Assembly (NCBI GenBank): GCA_965644295.1
Contig: CBFFRP010000447.1
Span: 1 to 35,997, forward strand
Length of the DNA stretch: 35,997 nucleotides
Direction: 5' to 3'
Source of the DNA: Paraphysomonas bandaiensis
Taxonomy: Eukaryota > Protista > Chrysophyceae
Part shown: positions 1 through 13,600 of the stretch, in pieces
Position numbering within the stretch: the first letter of the stretch is position 1
Layout of the letters: the number at the start of each line of letters is the position of its first letter
Translations under genes and position numbers: made by a program
Notes under the pieces: generated by a model
What the model was told of the DNA's origin: nothing
What the model saw: only the letters and a program-made list of their open reading frames with translations
Databases searched by the model: none

Positions 1-829
1 GGGGACCTGCTGGACACCAAGATATTTGGTGGAGTTAATTTTGTAGCCCTGGGGGTTTATATATAGTAGCAAATTGTAGTAGCGAAATAAAGCATTTTTA
101 GCAACAAGAAGAGAGTCAACAACAGAAGAAGGACAGCAAACAGTACAAGATATTTAATTACGTGGGAAGTACAAGGATCTAATAGCTACGAGTCATCGAA
201 TTACAACAGGCCATTCACACTGAAGTGTACACACGCGGCTACTCTAGGCAGTTATTAACATCACGCCACTCAAAATACGTTACCCAGTATCTCTACCTGA
301 TGCTATACATGTGGAGTCAGCCGGCTGCACCTGTAGTTCTATGAAGATCCCTTTTTCTTTTGATCTCTCTACGTATAATTCCATATATATAATATATATA
401 AAGATAAAGGGGAATCATTCTCTTCATAATCTTCAGACCTGCGTTGAGGTACATCTTTCCCTTCACCCATGTCAATAAGGAAGTTGTGCAACTTCGCTGC
501 TACTTTACGTCATACTAATGGCCACCTATTATATGCACATCGAAGTGGTCTCCAGAATATATTAGGAGTCATTGATTCACGTATATCCCTTAACGCGTGA
601 ATACAACACACGTATACAATGAAATACCAAATAGACTGAATAATTACCAAACTATACATGATACGCGACTGTACAAGATACGCACATGTGTGGTGCTAAC
701 GCTCTGCTCAAACGTGTCTTGCTATTATACTATTAGGCCTTATCGTTAAATCTTTATCTCCAATAATATCAAGTATATATGCTTAGTCTGTAGCCTATTG
801 GATTTTAAATGCAAAATGGGATTTTACAT

Positions 830-1036
830 CATAACACACACTAAGAACGGAAGTGGTTGCACCTTGGTGCTTGCGGCGACGCACAAGCAGCTTCTGTAGC
901 GTTAAATAGTAGGATAAAAGAGTTTGTATTGATTAGTTACGGGTAGTAGTCTAACTAGTATGACTAGCATTCTTCTAGCCACTAATTGGTGCAGGCTTTC
1001 AACGCCTATTGCTAAATAATCAGACATTCAATATAT
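830..1036 (+). mobile_element. 5'-truncated copy 1 of a dispersed non-coding retroposon-like repeat
   Basis: Matches the 3' ~200 nt of the 26706-27219 copy (GGAAGTGG..GCACCTTGGTGCTTGCGGCGACGCACAAGCAGC..AACGCCTATTGCTAA..TTCAATATAT). Flanked by a perfect 14-bp direct repeat ATGGGATTTTACAT at 816-829 and 1037-1050. Confidence 0.8.
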
Positions 1037-2973
1037 ATGGGATTTTACATGTAAAAAAACTATAAAATGACGAGAACGACGGTAGCTCGATTACTTATTA
1101 TAAAAATATATATATACTTAAGTTTTATTTGTTTTATGCATCTACTATACGTTAGTTACAACATTATTCAAAAGTTTAAAATTCGCAAAACTAACATTCC
1201 AGTTCTTAGTGATCACAATGCAATCGATTAGGGCTAGATATACAAAATATTATAATATACTATTATATACAATGTATATTATACAGCTGTGTTGTATACA
1301 ATATAAATGACAAAGTTTGTCACGCCCTAGTTCTCGCTACCAATCTGTCCATCAATGATTGTCTAAAAGTGGCGGGCAACGCGATCGGAACCATGATAAA
1401 TGGTCATGCGACGACGAATCCCGAGAGCCTACTCTGTGAAAAGACCGAGGCCTGTCCCTTGAACGATACCTATAATATCTCTGCAAAGACGGGCTACGCA
1501 ATGCAGTCGAGGAAAGCGTGGAGGAGAACGAGAACGCATTCGTCGCTCTAGCAACAGCAACGCAAGTTTATAGCGATTCCCAATCAAGAGACGATTCCCA
1601 GCAACGTGGATGGTGTGTTTCAACTTGGAGATGCTATTTCAAGAATTTATGGCCTCAGAAGATGCGTGGTCTCCTGTCTTTCCGACGACATATACACTGT
1701 CAGCTACAAGGATGGTAGTAGAGGACAAAAAACAGCTCGAACATTCAAGCCTCCTGCCCACAAAAACAAGGCGCCTGGGTGGGAGGCTGTACCGAATGTT
1801 ACTGAACACACACCGAACAAACTAAACCATGTGGTTATTAGTAAGAATATTCGATGGATTTCTCCGCGAATGCTTGCCTCCGAATTCAAGCATTATATGC
1901 ACCACCTGCAATAACGATTACTCCTGTATCATATCTTCGCACACTGCATATATATACAAGGGGTGCGTGCTCTCATTCAGAAATCAAAATATGTGCGCAT
2001 AAAACGTTTTTAATAACTATGACATTAAACAGTGTGTAATATACATGGCATTGAGTAGTGCAAAAATAAACAACACTACACAGCTCAGAAATTCTTCATA
2101 GTCGATGGGAAAACAACACCCCACCTTGATATATATGATGATGTATGTAACGCCTGGTGCAAGTTGTAGGTGATAAATGCTTAGTCGTTAATTGCGTTGG
2201 TGGATGAAGGGGGAAAGTAACCACCAGCAATAGACTCAATGCTGCTGTGTGAAACACGAATCAGATTGGCACTTTTACGATATCGGCCAAACAAAGTAAC
2301 CAAATATGCATCTGTTGGTATACTGGAATAGTTCTCACGTACATACATATCACAAGCATAGATGCTACACACACAGGCGGCATACTGAAGAGTGACAGCA
2401 ACATAAACTTCGATGCGTCCATAAATATTCACCATACAGCAGTGTGCAATTCGACTCACCAGTTCACGAGTTGGAATACAGACAATAGCAGCCCGGACAG
2501 TCATCAAGTCTCATTCCTTCATTCCTTTACGAGTCTCCTACTGTGCAGGTTCCAAACTAGCTACATAGATGTCCATACGACGGTACGGTCAGACCGATAG
2601 CGACGGGAAGAACACAGACGCCATTTCCATGCTAGACATCAACATCCGGATGAAGAGTATCGTGCAGTCCATCTGCCTGCTCACGATCCCTGTCGGCGTA
2701 ATTTCGACGCACCTCATCATCATGTTCGTCGATGAGAGACGCTGAGTGCGGAGCCCATCGCAACACCCACCACAGCGAACACGAAAGATACAAACAGAAC
2801 AGTTACATTAAAGTTTATTCCGCGAGATGGATCGACAGTCTGATCGATGAACGCATTGACTTGTTTGAGGTTGTGTATGCTAACATGACGAGAGGTGCGA
2901 GTGAAGCTTGAGTGTGTTTCAGACTGACAAGCCGCTGTGGAATAAAATCCCGAAATATGGCAGATAAAGCGCA

Positions 2974-3075
2974 GTATTTTGCTTTTGGGATATAAAAACC
3001 CTTGTATTATTGTTTATGGGATATAAAAACCCTTGTATTTTTGTTTATGGGATATAAAAACCCTTGTATTTTTGC
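2974..3075. repeat. 31-bp tandem repeat, ~3 copies (TGGGATATAAAAACCCTTGTATTTTTGTTTA)
   Basis: Units start at 2986, 3017 and 3048. Confidence 0.9.
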
Positions 3076-3327
3076 TCTGGAAAATTGATGGGGCCTCCCC
3101 TACGGAATATGCACACAGTATGATGAAGTGCTGATGGTGATGTGTGTATTTGTGGCAGGGGGATGAGCAGGCGTGTTCTAGATCATCTCCAGGCCGATTT
3201 GTTCCATGCATTCTTCTCTGCTGTATGGAAGTAGACGCCCTCCGATCCCGATCACACTTCTATCCAGTCACCCACACACTTCAACGAACCATAAAGTAAC
3301 CTTAAAAGTAAGTCTCACAAAGAAGGA

Positions 3328-4431
3328 ATGGCTACCATGCATCCCACTGCTCTTTATTCCACTGATGCTCCTAAACCGTCTCTGTTTTCTCCTTGTGGGA
3401 TGCAGCTATCGGGAGAGCACTTCGACCCCTCCACCCACCTGCAGATTGAGCCCCCCTCTCACATCAAGGATCTTAACTTCTGCAATGTTCGTTACCCATT
3501 CACGTCAGGTCACGAGAAGATAACTGGCAATCTCGCCTATACGAAGCCGTTCCGAGTGCTGTCTGATGAGGGTGTGCTGGCCGCCCGCCGATCCATCGAG
3601 AAACATGCATCTGAATTGGGAAAAACCAACTCACGTGCATCGAACTATATTCGAGGATTAGGCTATGTGTCCAACTGGCATCGTGAGTTTGCTTACAGCC
3701 CGGAGTTGGTTAAGACTCTGAGTTCCCTTGCCCGTGACAATCTCTGCCCCCACACGATGACGATGAACATTTCCCACACTAATGTGGGTAAAATTGGCAC
3801 GGGCAGAGCAGTTGATAAGTGGCATACGGATAGTGTAGACTATGTTATGGTGTTGATTCTTAGTGACCTCACCGACATACAAGGGGGAGAGCTTGAGGTA
3901 CTACAGCAGGGTGATGCGACCGGATCAACTTTCCGTATGTTGCAGGAGCAAGGCGTGCCTTCTGACCTGGTTGAAGCGGTCAAATACACTGGTCCAGGCT
4001 ATGCCATTCTCATGCAAGGCAGTCGTATTCTTCACCGAGTGAAGGCTGTTTTGGAAGCGAGGGAACCACGTATTAGCCTAGTGAACTCATATATGACATG
4101 CCGACCTTTCGCTCAAGACCTCACCAAGTACCATACCTTCACAAGTAAAGGGTTCAATGATGGAGACCACATCGCACCAGTTGAATTTTCTCGACATAAA
4201 GCGTGGCGCATCAGTGGACAAATGAAGTATATCTTGGACGAAGTTCAGTTCGGTACTGATGCCAAAGAACTCGCCCAGATATTTAGAAATGCTTCACGGG
4301 AGTTGTTGCTATCTGCGGAGCTCCTTGAGAACAAGCGTGATGACAACGCTAAATGGGTTGAAGATAAAGAAAACAATCTTCTTCATAAGAAGTCTGAGAG
4401 ACAGTTACCTATGCTTACTAGTCGCTTGTAA
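3328..4431 (+). CDS. 2OG-Fe(II) dioxygenase-superfamily protein, intronless, substrate unknown
   Basis: 367-aa ORF with HxD (WHTDSVDYVMVLILSD), GGEL strand, distal His (GSRILHRV) and 2OG-binding RxS (PRISLVNS). Confidence 0.8.
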   Translation: MATMHPTALYSTDAPKPSLFSPCGMQLSGEHFDPSTHLQIEPPSHIKDLNFCNVRYPFTSGHEKITGNLAYTKPFRVLSDEGVLAARRSIEKHASELGKTNSRASNYIRGLGYVSNWHREFAYSPELVKTLSSLARDNLCPHTMTMNISHTNVGKIGTGRAVDKWHTDSVDYVMVLILSDLTDIQGGELEVLQQGDATGSTFRMLQEQGVPSDLVEAVKYTGPGYAILMQGSRILHRVKAVLEAREPRISLVNSYMTCRPFAQDLTKYHTFTSKGFNDGDHIAPVEFSRHKAWRISGQMKYILDEVQFGTDAKELAQIFRNASRELLLSAELLENKRDDNAKWVEDKENNLLHKKSERQLPMLTSRL

Positions 4432-5004
4432 ATGCGGCGCAACGTATAACCTTGATTAGGGTATTTGTTCTTATTAAGTTGAGATGCAGCATATCTGCCA
4501 CTTAGTACTTTGTAACACTGTATCACTCGAGTGTTGTTTTTATATAGATTGTGTTCGGCACATGTTATAGGGCAAGAGTAGACAGTCGTTTTAGCTATCT
4601 GCTATGACTTGTCTACCGATACCACTTTCGTGTGACGAAATTTGCTCATCATCACAGTAACGTGGCGAAAGTAATAAATAGTGTTTTTTGAAGTGGCAGT
4701 TTCTGTTGTGATATACAGTAGAATAATCTGTGGTTGACATGACGTAAGTCATGTTGAAAAACTCTGTGTACCAGTAAATACGTAAATACGCTACAAAGGA
4801 TAGATATAGATACATAACAATAAAAAGTACATAGAATGTAACATGTTGTACATTTGTCGCCGATATGTAGTATAATCCATGAAAAGATCATTGTATTCTA
4901 ATACCTCTGACGACTTCGTTAATGCTATATTATGCTCAATGTAATACAATGGTACATATTATCAGCGTCCCACTTTTGTGTCCCTTATCTGACCTACTAT
5001 GTAG

Positions 5005-5434
5005 TGAATGTCTGGGCTGACTATTAGCAATAGACGTTTAGTTAGGACAAAGCATTGCAATTTAACTAACTTGGGCTCAACTCTGATATCCAACTATATT
5101 TAACGCTACGAATGCTGCTTGTGCGTCACCGCAAGCACTAACGTGCACCTACTTTCGCGCTGTCACTCAAAGTGAGCAAGCAGAGTGTTGATATACCTGA
5201 CATCTGCTGACTTCAGGATTTTTGAATCCGGATGCAGGCAGTCTTTATTCATCAAGCCCCAAAGACGTCAATAATACACAAGTGACACTTATATTAGTTT
5301 CCCTTGTACTACACAAGTGAGCAGGACACATCTACTACTATATATGCGGTTCACGTTAGTTTCCCAGAGAAATATCTCCGGTACTTACCCCCAGAACACC
5401 GCGCAAAGGTGCGAGTCCGACTTAGTTGAGGGGG
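5005..5434 (-). mobile_element. Copy 2 (divergent subfamily) of the retroposon-like repeat
   Basis: Reverse complement starts CCCCCTCAACTAAGTCGGACTCGCACC..GGTGTTCTGGGGG..GGGAAACTAACGTGA and ends TATTGCTAATAG..CAGACATTCA, collinear with 26706-27219. Confidence 0.8.
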
Positions 5435-6355
5435 ATTTGTGAGCCACAGACTGCTTCGAGTTGAGTTTGAGTTATAGTGCCTGTCCAGAATCTTTCAACC
5501 TGAGGGAGTTATGAGTCCCACGCTTTACTGGAGATGATCTTTAATACTGGGGTGCTTCGAGGCGGAAGTCTCTCGCCCCGTAAGGCTATCCGACCTATAG
5601 CAAAGGCTTTATTCTTCAAGTTTACTCTATCCTGTATCTATCACCTACTCGAATACTTTGTTTAAACGTTTAAACTACATCAAAGTTCGTACCATTCAAT
5701 TTCATGTAATACCATCTCTTGCTACTGTATTATTCAACTGTTACAATAGAAAAAACTTTAACTACAGGTTTTAATTGCTTCATAGAGCAATACTCAATAG
5801 CAATATTCAACAATAATGGCTCAACAAATCACCCATTTTAGATACTCCAAATATAGCAGATTTCAACAGTAATACGTTACAGTTAGGTGTTATAGAGGGC
5901 TATATTGCTACTTTCTATCCACTACCACCTGTACGCATGGTAGTGGATGGTGTTGCTATCAATGTCAAACACAGCACAGAACGACTTTGTGTGTCACTAA
6001 CGGTATGCTCAAACATCAAACACCCAAGTAGCGTCACAAATACCACCTATGTCACAAAAGTGTAAACAGTGAACCTGAGCTATAGTTTCACTGGGCCGTC
6101 TACAGTAGGGCCGGTACTACTATTTCTTTCTGTCGTCGTTGTGTCTGTTCCGATTACACTTTCAAGGTGGGTAAAGAGGCATAACAGTCTACGTTCTGTA
6201 CAATTGGAAAGAGCACAAAAACTCCCCCTAAGAGACATTGAAGAAGTACAAGAATTTATTATCGGAAACACACAGATCGATTGATCGTTGAAAGTAATGG
6301 CTTCGACAAGTGCTGGGCACCATTACTGTCGCCAGCAATAGCATCCACCATTGGT

Positions 6356-7059
6356 TTATCCTTTCGACTCACCACCGTCGCCGTTGATCTGTCCGACTAT
6401 CCACTCCATGCCATCTTGCAGACCATCACCACTCTTAGCAGAGCATGGAAGGATAGACCAGACTCTGTCCCTGATATCATTGAGACCGAGTTCATCAGTA
6501 ATCTCCCCAGGAGCAAGTGCATTCATCAAGTCCTGCTTGTTAGCCATAATCAGCAAAGGAGTGTTCTGAAGTCTGTCCTCGTCTAGTAGCTGTCTCAGCT
6601 CGACGCCAGTCTCCTCCATGCGTCTGCGATCTGCACTGTCGATGACGTAAATCTACGACAGAAAAAAGTCACAATGACAGACTGCGATCACACCACAACA
6701 CCTACCAGGGCGTCAGTCTGATCAAAGTAATTCCTCCAGTAGGGGCGGATTGACTTCTGCCCTGTGAGTGTGTTAGCAATAAGAGACACACACACATGCG
6801 GGGTCACCTCCGATGTCCCACACGTTCAACTTGAATCCCTCATGCATTAACGATTTGATATTGAATCCCTGAGTGGGCATGATGTGCGTGATGTCCTCAT
6901 CGGAGAGCTTCTTCAGGATGGTTGTCTTGCCAGAGTTATCGAGCCCGAGCACTAATATGCGGGCCTCTTGGTCCGTCTATACACACAACTAACACACACT
7001 CAACACCCCCACAACACACCCACCTTCTTAAGCTTCCTGAGCAATGTAAGGAGTCCCAT
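6356..7059 (-). CDS. ARL3: ADP-ribosylation factor-like GTPase 3; exons 7059-7024, 6976-6808, 6761-6706, 6652-6356
   Basis: Spliced product [81 protein letters not shown]. Three GT-AG introns of 47, 46 and 53 nt keep frame. Confidence 0.95.
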
Positions 7060-7605
7060 CGGTACTGTAGGTCACAAGAACAGCAAGACAATGTGGTGCG
7101 TTTATAGTAAACGGACTTTCTATTCTGTTCCAGCTCAATGCAGAAGTAGACGACAAGCTCGCTATGGGAGTGACCGTATGACTCTGTACAGCTTCTTCTA
7201 TACGTGTACGTACAGTATATAGAGTGTATTTTTAAACCTTGAGATTTTTTTGTATATTGAGATGGAGAATATAGAAACGAAGAATCTTGAGCGGACATTC
7301 AAAAAATTTAGTTTCCATTACTGTATGTATTGTACCTGATTATAATAACCGTAAACGGATCACTGTCCGGGAATGACGCTTTCCGTTTTTGTCCAGTTTT
7401 TGGATCCAGCATACGACACTTCAGACTTGTGCACATTGCCGCCATATCTAGTTGTAGTATCCTGGTGTCGCTGTGTGTGAAGGGGAGATGCATACTTACC
7501 ATCGAAAGATTCTGATCCTCTGCAGAGATTGAAGATGAAACTGTAAGTTCATTCGTCTATATAGTAACGCAGAGTGGTTGCCTTTTAATACACGGAAGTT
7601 GAAGA

Positions 7606-10600
7606 ATGGCACGAGGAAAGAAAAAAAACACGTTGAAGTCTGAGGAAGATGAAGAAAAACACGCAGACAGTCGCGATCGTCATGGGAAAAAAATACACAG
7701 ACAGAATGCTGAACAGAATCAGGCAGCAAGAGCGCCGCCACCCCCTCAACGGAGACCGCAATCACATCCAACCAACAGACAGACAGATCAACGTGTACAC
7801 ACGTCACTCAACCAGTCGGGTCCTCAGCCTGCTTCATTGAAAAATAGACAAAAATTTAAAGCCAATGAACAGAGAAGCTACAGAAAGGGAGATAGCGGCA
7901 AGTCCGATCGCTCACTGCCCGCAGCTGCTCGGAGAGACGGGAATAAAACCCGCCCGGGAAGATCGAGTATGTCTTCTGCTCTCAATAATTTTTCTCAACT
8001 TCTGCAGCGTTGTGTAGCGAAGGGAATATTCTTCGCTGATAACTCAACCAATTTAGCACTTTGGCAGAATGCGTTCAATTTGATTGCAGACGAAGAGTTT
8101 AATGATATGAAATTTACAAGAAATGTGCTGAGGATGTATTTATATCTTCCTGATAATGACGCGTATGCTATCAATGCAGAAATTGTATTGAGGGTACTCA
8201 CTAATATCTTGAGGTTTTCCGACACTGCAGACATCACACTAATCTCAGATATTATTGAGCAGCGCGTCTACCGACGCGGCTCACCCAGAAAAGTTGGTAA
8301 CAAGAGCACCGTGAAAGGGCTGATTGAAAAACTGATAAAAAGTAATGAGAAAAGTGTAAGAAATGCGCCAAGCTCGGAATTGATGGAAAGGATTTCCCTT
8401 TTCCAGAAAATCAAAACAGACCTCGAGAATTATCTCAATGCTATATACCAGATCGTCAATGATGAACCAATCCAAGGAGAAAGTAGCAACGTATCAATCT
8501 CTCATCATTTGAAGTGGGCCACTTTACCGACAATTGGATGGCTCTCTGATGGACACCTAATTTCGAAACTGGTCTCTCTGAGGCCTTCATATGACTCCTC
8601 TGATCAGTATGTGGAGACTCTTCGTGCCATGTGGACAATGCTCACCTTTTATTGGGGAACAGCAGCACTCTGGCCTCGTTGCTTATCAAAATGTGGAGGG
8701 GAGGACGAGAAGGGGATATGTGGTAAACCATTACTGTTTCCAGTAGCATCTCTCACGAGAAGCAACGGTACATGTAAAAAAGTGATAAAGAGAAGTGGAT
8801 CAAATGAAGTGAAAGTGTGTGGAGCTCAGGCACAGTGGCGTTGCCGGATGCGAGGACACGATGAAATTTGTGGAACGTGTTTGGACCTATATAAAGCAGC
8901 TGCATTAGGTCCGAAGGGAAAACCTGAAGCAAGCACAGATATTTATGACGGAATAGTAACAGATATATCGCTTCGACTAGACAGTTCAATAGTCAACATA
9001 GCTGAGGTTTCCTCTCGCAAACCGCCGATGGAGCGTAGTTCTGATGGACGCTCACAATTACGCGAAAGGCCAATTTCCTGGCGAACAAGCTATCGTCTGC
9101 AGCCATCCTCACTCGTTGCAGTTGTGCCCATGGGGATGACCAACCAATCGTTGTCGAGTAATATGCCTATATTCTGGGGTGAACTTGTGCCACACCATTC
9201 TGTCTCGAAGGAAAGCCATAGAAGTCAAGACGAATACAGTCGTCGTGAAAGGGGGCATATCTCCGTGCGCATTCTGTCGCGATCTGATTGCACTGACCTT
9301 CCCAACCATACATGCTTGCCGTTCTATCAAAGATCACCAGTGGTAGTAATAGACTTAAAAGTTTTTGTGCCAGAAGTGATGTCGGTTCTTGCAACACTGT
9401 CTCATTCTAGTTTCGCGGAGGGGTTAGAAAGTGTTTCTTTCAAACGATTACTGCTCGGGCAAAGCGATAGAAATGATATGGAGCGTTGTGATAAGCAGAA
9501 CAAGGCTCAGGATATTGCGCTTTCTGATCTTCTCTCGAACGTTTTAGAAAGTAGTAATGTGTCCTGCATAGCTGACATGACACCAAGCGATCGCAAAGAG
9601 GTATTAGAAGAAATACTCGATCTGCCTGTTGTGAGTAGCTTGGATCATGCTCAACGGATCGCGTTTGCAAATGGCTTGATGAAATCTTTGCACTGCACTC
9701 AGGGGCCTCCAGGGACTGGAAAATCTTATGTGGGTGTATGTCTTGTCCTTGCACTGATCATCATTCGCAAGAAAGTACGAAGGACTGGCCGGAATATCGG
9801 CCCCATTGTAGCTTTATCTTTTAAAAACCACGCCCTTGATGAGTTTTTGGTGGACATATTGCATTGTAATCCTGAATTGAAAAAGCATAGACAACTTGTT
9901 CGTCTCGGTAAGCCTGAGAATGAGGAGCTTCAAGCATGTACCGAACAGCGTTCTGTACGTGAAAAGGTTGCTCAGCAAAGAGTTGTAGAATGTCTTGAGG
10001 TAATTCGAGAAGGCCGACGCTATGTGCACAAATGGTTTTCACAATCTGATATTTTAAGTGGTTTCTGCATGGAAAGCGTAGTAGAGTGTGCTACTACACT
10101 CTTTCAGATTAAAAATGATGAGACATATGCGGGCGACATAACTGCGGAAAAAGGCTTCCGTTTACTGAAGTCTCTCTTGCGTACAATCAGTAAAGACGAT
10201 CCGGATTTTCCCTGGAAGTCATTGACTGATGATGCTGTGCACTGGAAGGATTGCAAGATCGACAATCTGGATCGCAGTCTGTCCTTGTTGCAGCATTGGT
10301 TGCAAGGGGATGAGCCCCCTCCCCGCTGTGCCGCAAAAGTCGGAATGAGTACATGTACCGAGGCTGCTGTTTCCAAAAAGAAATTTTGTGAGAGTGCACA
10401 TGATTGTAAGGTTCCCTCGTGCATGGAAATAAGAAGCCTTAATTCTGACTGCTATTGTGATACACACCGTTGTGAGACAGCGCATGTTCGTTGCAACGAG
10501 CGCCGTGTTGAATGTTTGAAAAGTCGTTTCTGTCCTCATCATAGCTGCGTCCTCTGCAATACAGTTGAGATTTTGTCTCCTGGTGCTAAAACATGCCAAA

Positions 10601-13600
10601 GGCACACATGTACTGTTACCGATTGTGAGCGGCCTCAAATTGTTTCTTTTCTGTTTTGCAAAGTTCACTGTTGTGAGGTGTGCTTGAAGCTTGACAGTGT
10701 TAGTGGCTCATCTCGCACAGTTCAACCTTCTAACTTCTGCGAACGACATAAATGCAATGCATCAGGATGTCACAATATGAGATATGATCAAATGAAATAC
10801 TGTTTGAAACATACCTGTGAATATTGCACAGAATTTGTTTCGAAAGAAGGATCTCGCGTATGTCAATCTCATCAATGCAATTATCACGAAGAAGATTGCC
10901 ATGATGCAGTAGTTTGCTCCAGTGATGGACGATTGTCATCATTTTGTGCCACACATACATGCCGATTCTGTGTGCTAGATATGGATACAAATTTGACTCG
11001 TGATGTTTATGCACCGTGGTTTACGTGTGCGCATCATCCTGTTTGCCAGGGTGTCTCAGAAAATGGAGAAGCGTGTCGGCAAGTACTGTCTGACAAGGGT
11101 GCAATGTGGTGTGTAAAGCATGACCCTGATAAAACCACTTGCTGTGGTATAACAACGAAAGGAAAACTATGCAAGACCGCAAAACCTAATGATGTAGCGG
11201 GAATGTGGTATTGTGAAGCTCATGCTTCTCAAGCTGATTATGATGAACCGCCTCCAGTCAAAGATTCAGTAAATGATTCTAATATGGCCGCACAGGCAGT
11301 GCTGATGGAAATACCAAAGCAGGTGCATGCTGGTGAGCCACTCATACCGCTTGGGAATTCCTTCGCTGTTCGTAAATGTCTAATTGAAAAATGCGATATA
11401 TTAGTTGCAGCTTTAGATGCCTCGGAAAGAGATACAATCCAATGTCCATATCATGCTGCAATGGCAGCTTTCACATGTGAAGTGGAGGTTACAAAAGAAG
11501 AGTACATATTGGATGCACTTGTACACGATAAGGCCACCGTGAAAGGTATGTGCGTGGTGATAATTCTCCTAACAAAGTAATATGATAAAATTGTTTATGT
11601 ACCGAAGCAGCATCGAATGCAGAAGGAAAAGAAGTGACTACGTCAGCAACAGTTGGGGACTACCAATTTGTGCATAATATTGCTGGAGAGGAATTTTTGG
11701 ACGAACCAATGGTGGCTGAAAATATGGATGAAGTAGAATATGTCGATGATGAAGATATCTACAGCGATGAAAATAGTTCAGGTGTGGATGAAGTGGTTAG
11801 TGAGAATCAAAAGCACCTGCGCGATATTTATTGTGAAGATGAAGAAGAAGATGATGGCATCATCTGTGAAATTAATTCAAAGCTATTTCATGTAGAAGTA
11901 GAAGATAAAGATCTCTCTCATGAAATGCTACAGACCTTATATGAGAATAGTACGGGTTGGAATTGGCATATGTGTATCACCACAAGACAGAGAGAGGTAT
12001 ATATGTTCATAGTGCGAGTTTCGGAATGGATGAGAAGGCTTTGTGAGAAGGCGGAAGAGTATGTAGATGAGGTGAGGTTGCGAAGAGAAGAGGCTGCGAG
12101 TCATGCTCTCAAATCTGCAGTCATTGTCGGGGGGACAATTGTTGGTGCTGCGAAGCGCTTAGTGGCCCTCCGTGCAGCTGAGCCCTTTGCGATTATTGTG
12201 GAAGAAGCATGTGAGGTCATGGAGCCGACTTTGGTTGCTGTCCTTGCAGTGAAATCGGTAATGAAGTTGGAACTCATTGGGGACCATCGTCAACTACCTG
12301 CTGTTATTAACAATTGTTGGTATGACTTGGAAATATCGAAACCATCAAATAATATCAATATTTCTCTCTTCCAGCGGCTGATAGAAGGACATGATGGTAT
12401 ATGCACGGTCTTAGAGGAACAACGTCGCATGCGCAGATGTATATCAAATCTTACTAAGTCTCACTATTCAGACCTCGTCGACATCATTGATAGCGACTGT
12501 ACTTTCAGGCAAAAGGTTGGGGATAGGGTTCTTTGCAGAGAATCGCGAAAGAAAATACAGGCAAGGTGGGAAGATCGTGGTAGATCTATTCCCGGTATGA
12601 AATCCTGTATATATTTCTGGGATATGGTGGGTAACACCGAGTCCAAGCGAAAGGTTGGCCTATCCGCCTGCAACGAGAATGAAGCTTCAGCGATCGTGGA
12701 ACTGGTGAAGTTTCTTTTGCTCTGTGGCGTTCCTCCATCTACCATCACTATAATTACTCCATATCAAGGGCAAAAGCGCATTCTTGTTAAAATGTTCAGA
12801 GCCGAGAAATGTTTGCCAAAAGACTTTAACATGTCTGCATCCTCCTTCATATCCACAGTGGATAGGTATCAGGGGGACGAAAATGATATTGTTATTTTAT
12901 CTCTTGTGCGAGCAAAGAGTGGAAATAGATTTATTGCTCTCAAGAATCGTTTCATCGTTGCTACCTCTCGAGCTCGACTTGGATTTTATGTGGTAGGATC
13001 TGTTGGCGCTGTTATGCAATCTCAGAGTACTCCTCATTCTCGAAATATGCCAACTCATTGGTCGGAGTTTGTAGAACACCTGCAGCAAAATGATAGGAGT
13101 GGATGCGACAACTTCAGTGGGAGTAGATGTGGCCCGGAGTTGCCAGTTTGCTGCCCTATGCATCGTTGTAGCACTTTACTTATCTCGTCGAAATCGGTAT
13201 CGAGAAAGTTTCCCTCCATTGATAATTGGAATACTCTCTGTTCTGAACCATGCCGTGTACGCCTACAATGTGGACACGACTGCCCTTCTACATGCCATTT
13301 TCTCTCTCCTGATGATCATGGACAATGTATAGAAGTAATTAAGCGGCCATGTGAGCGTCACAGTGAAGTTCCTCTTCCATGCAAAGAATTTGGACACTCA
13401 CCAAATTTATGGAAATGCGAAATACTTGTTGTTTATAAGTTCGAAAAGTGTAGCCACAACTTAAAGTTGAAATGCCACGAGGTCACTGAGATTGAGCATG
13501 GTAAGTGTCCTCCTCGCTGTGAAGTAGTTGTCAGCGATTTTATTATTTCATCATGCGGACATAAGATTGTAAAACCGAAATGCTATGAGCGGCAACAATA

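Noticed and set aside
5917-5948. Perfect 11-bp hairpin ATCCACTACCA/TGGTAGTGGAT as a Helitron end or terminator
   Set aside because: No CTRR terminus or other copies seen; isolated.
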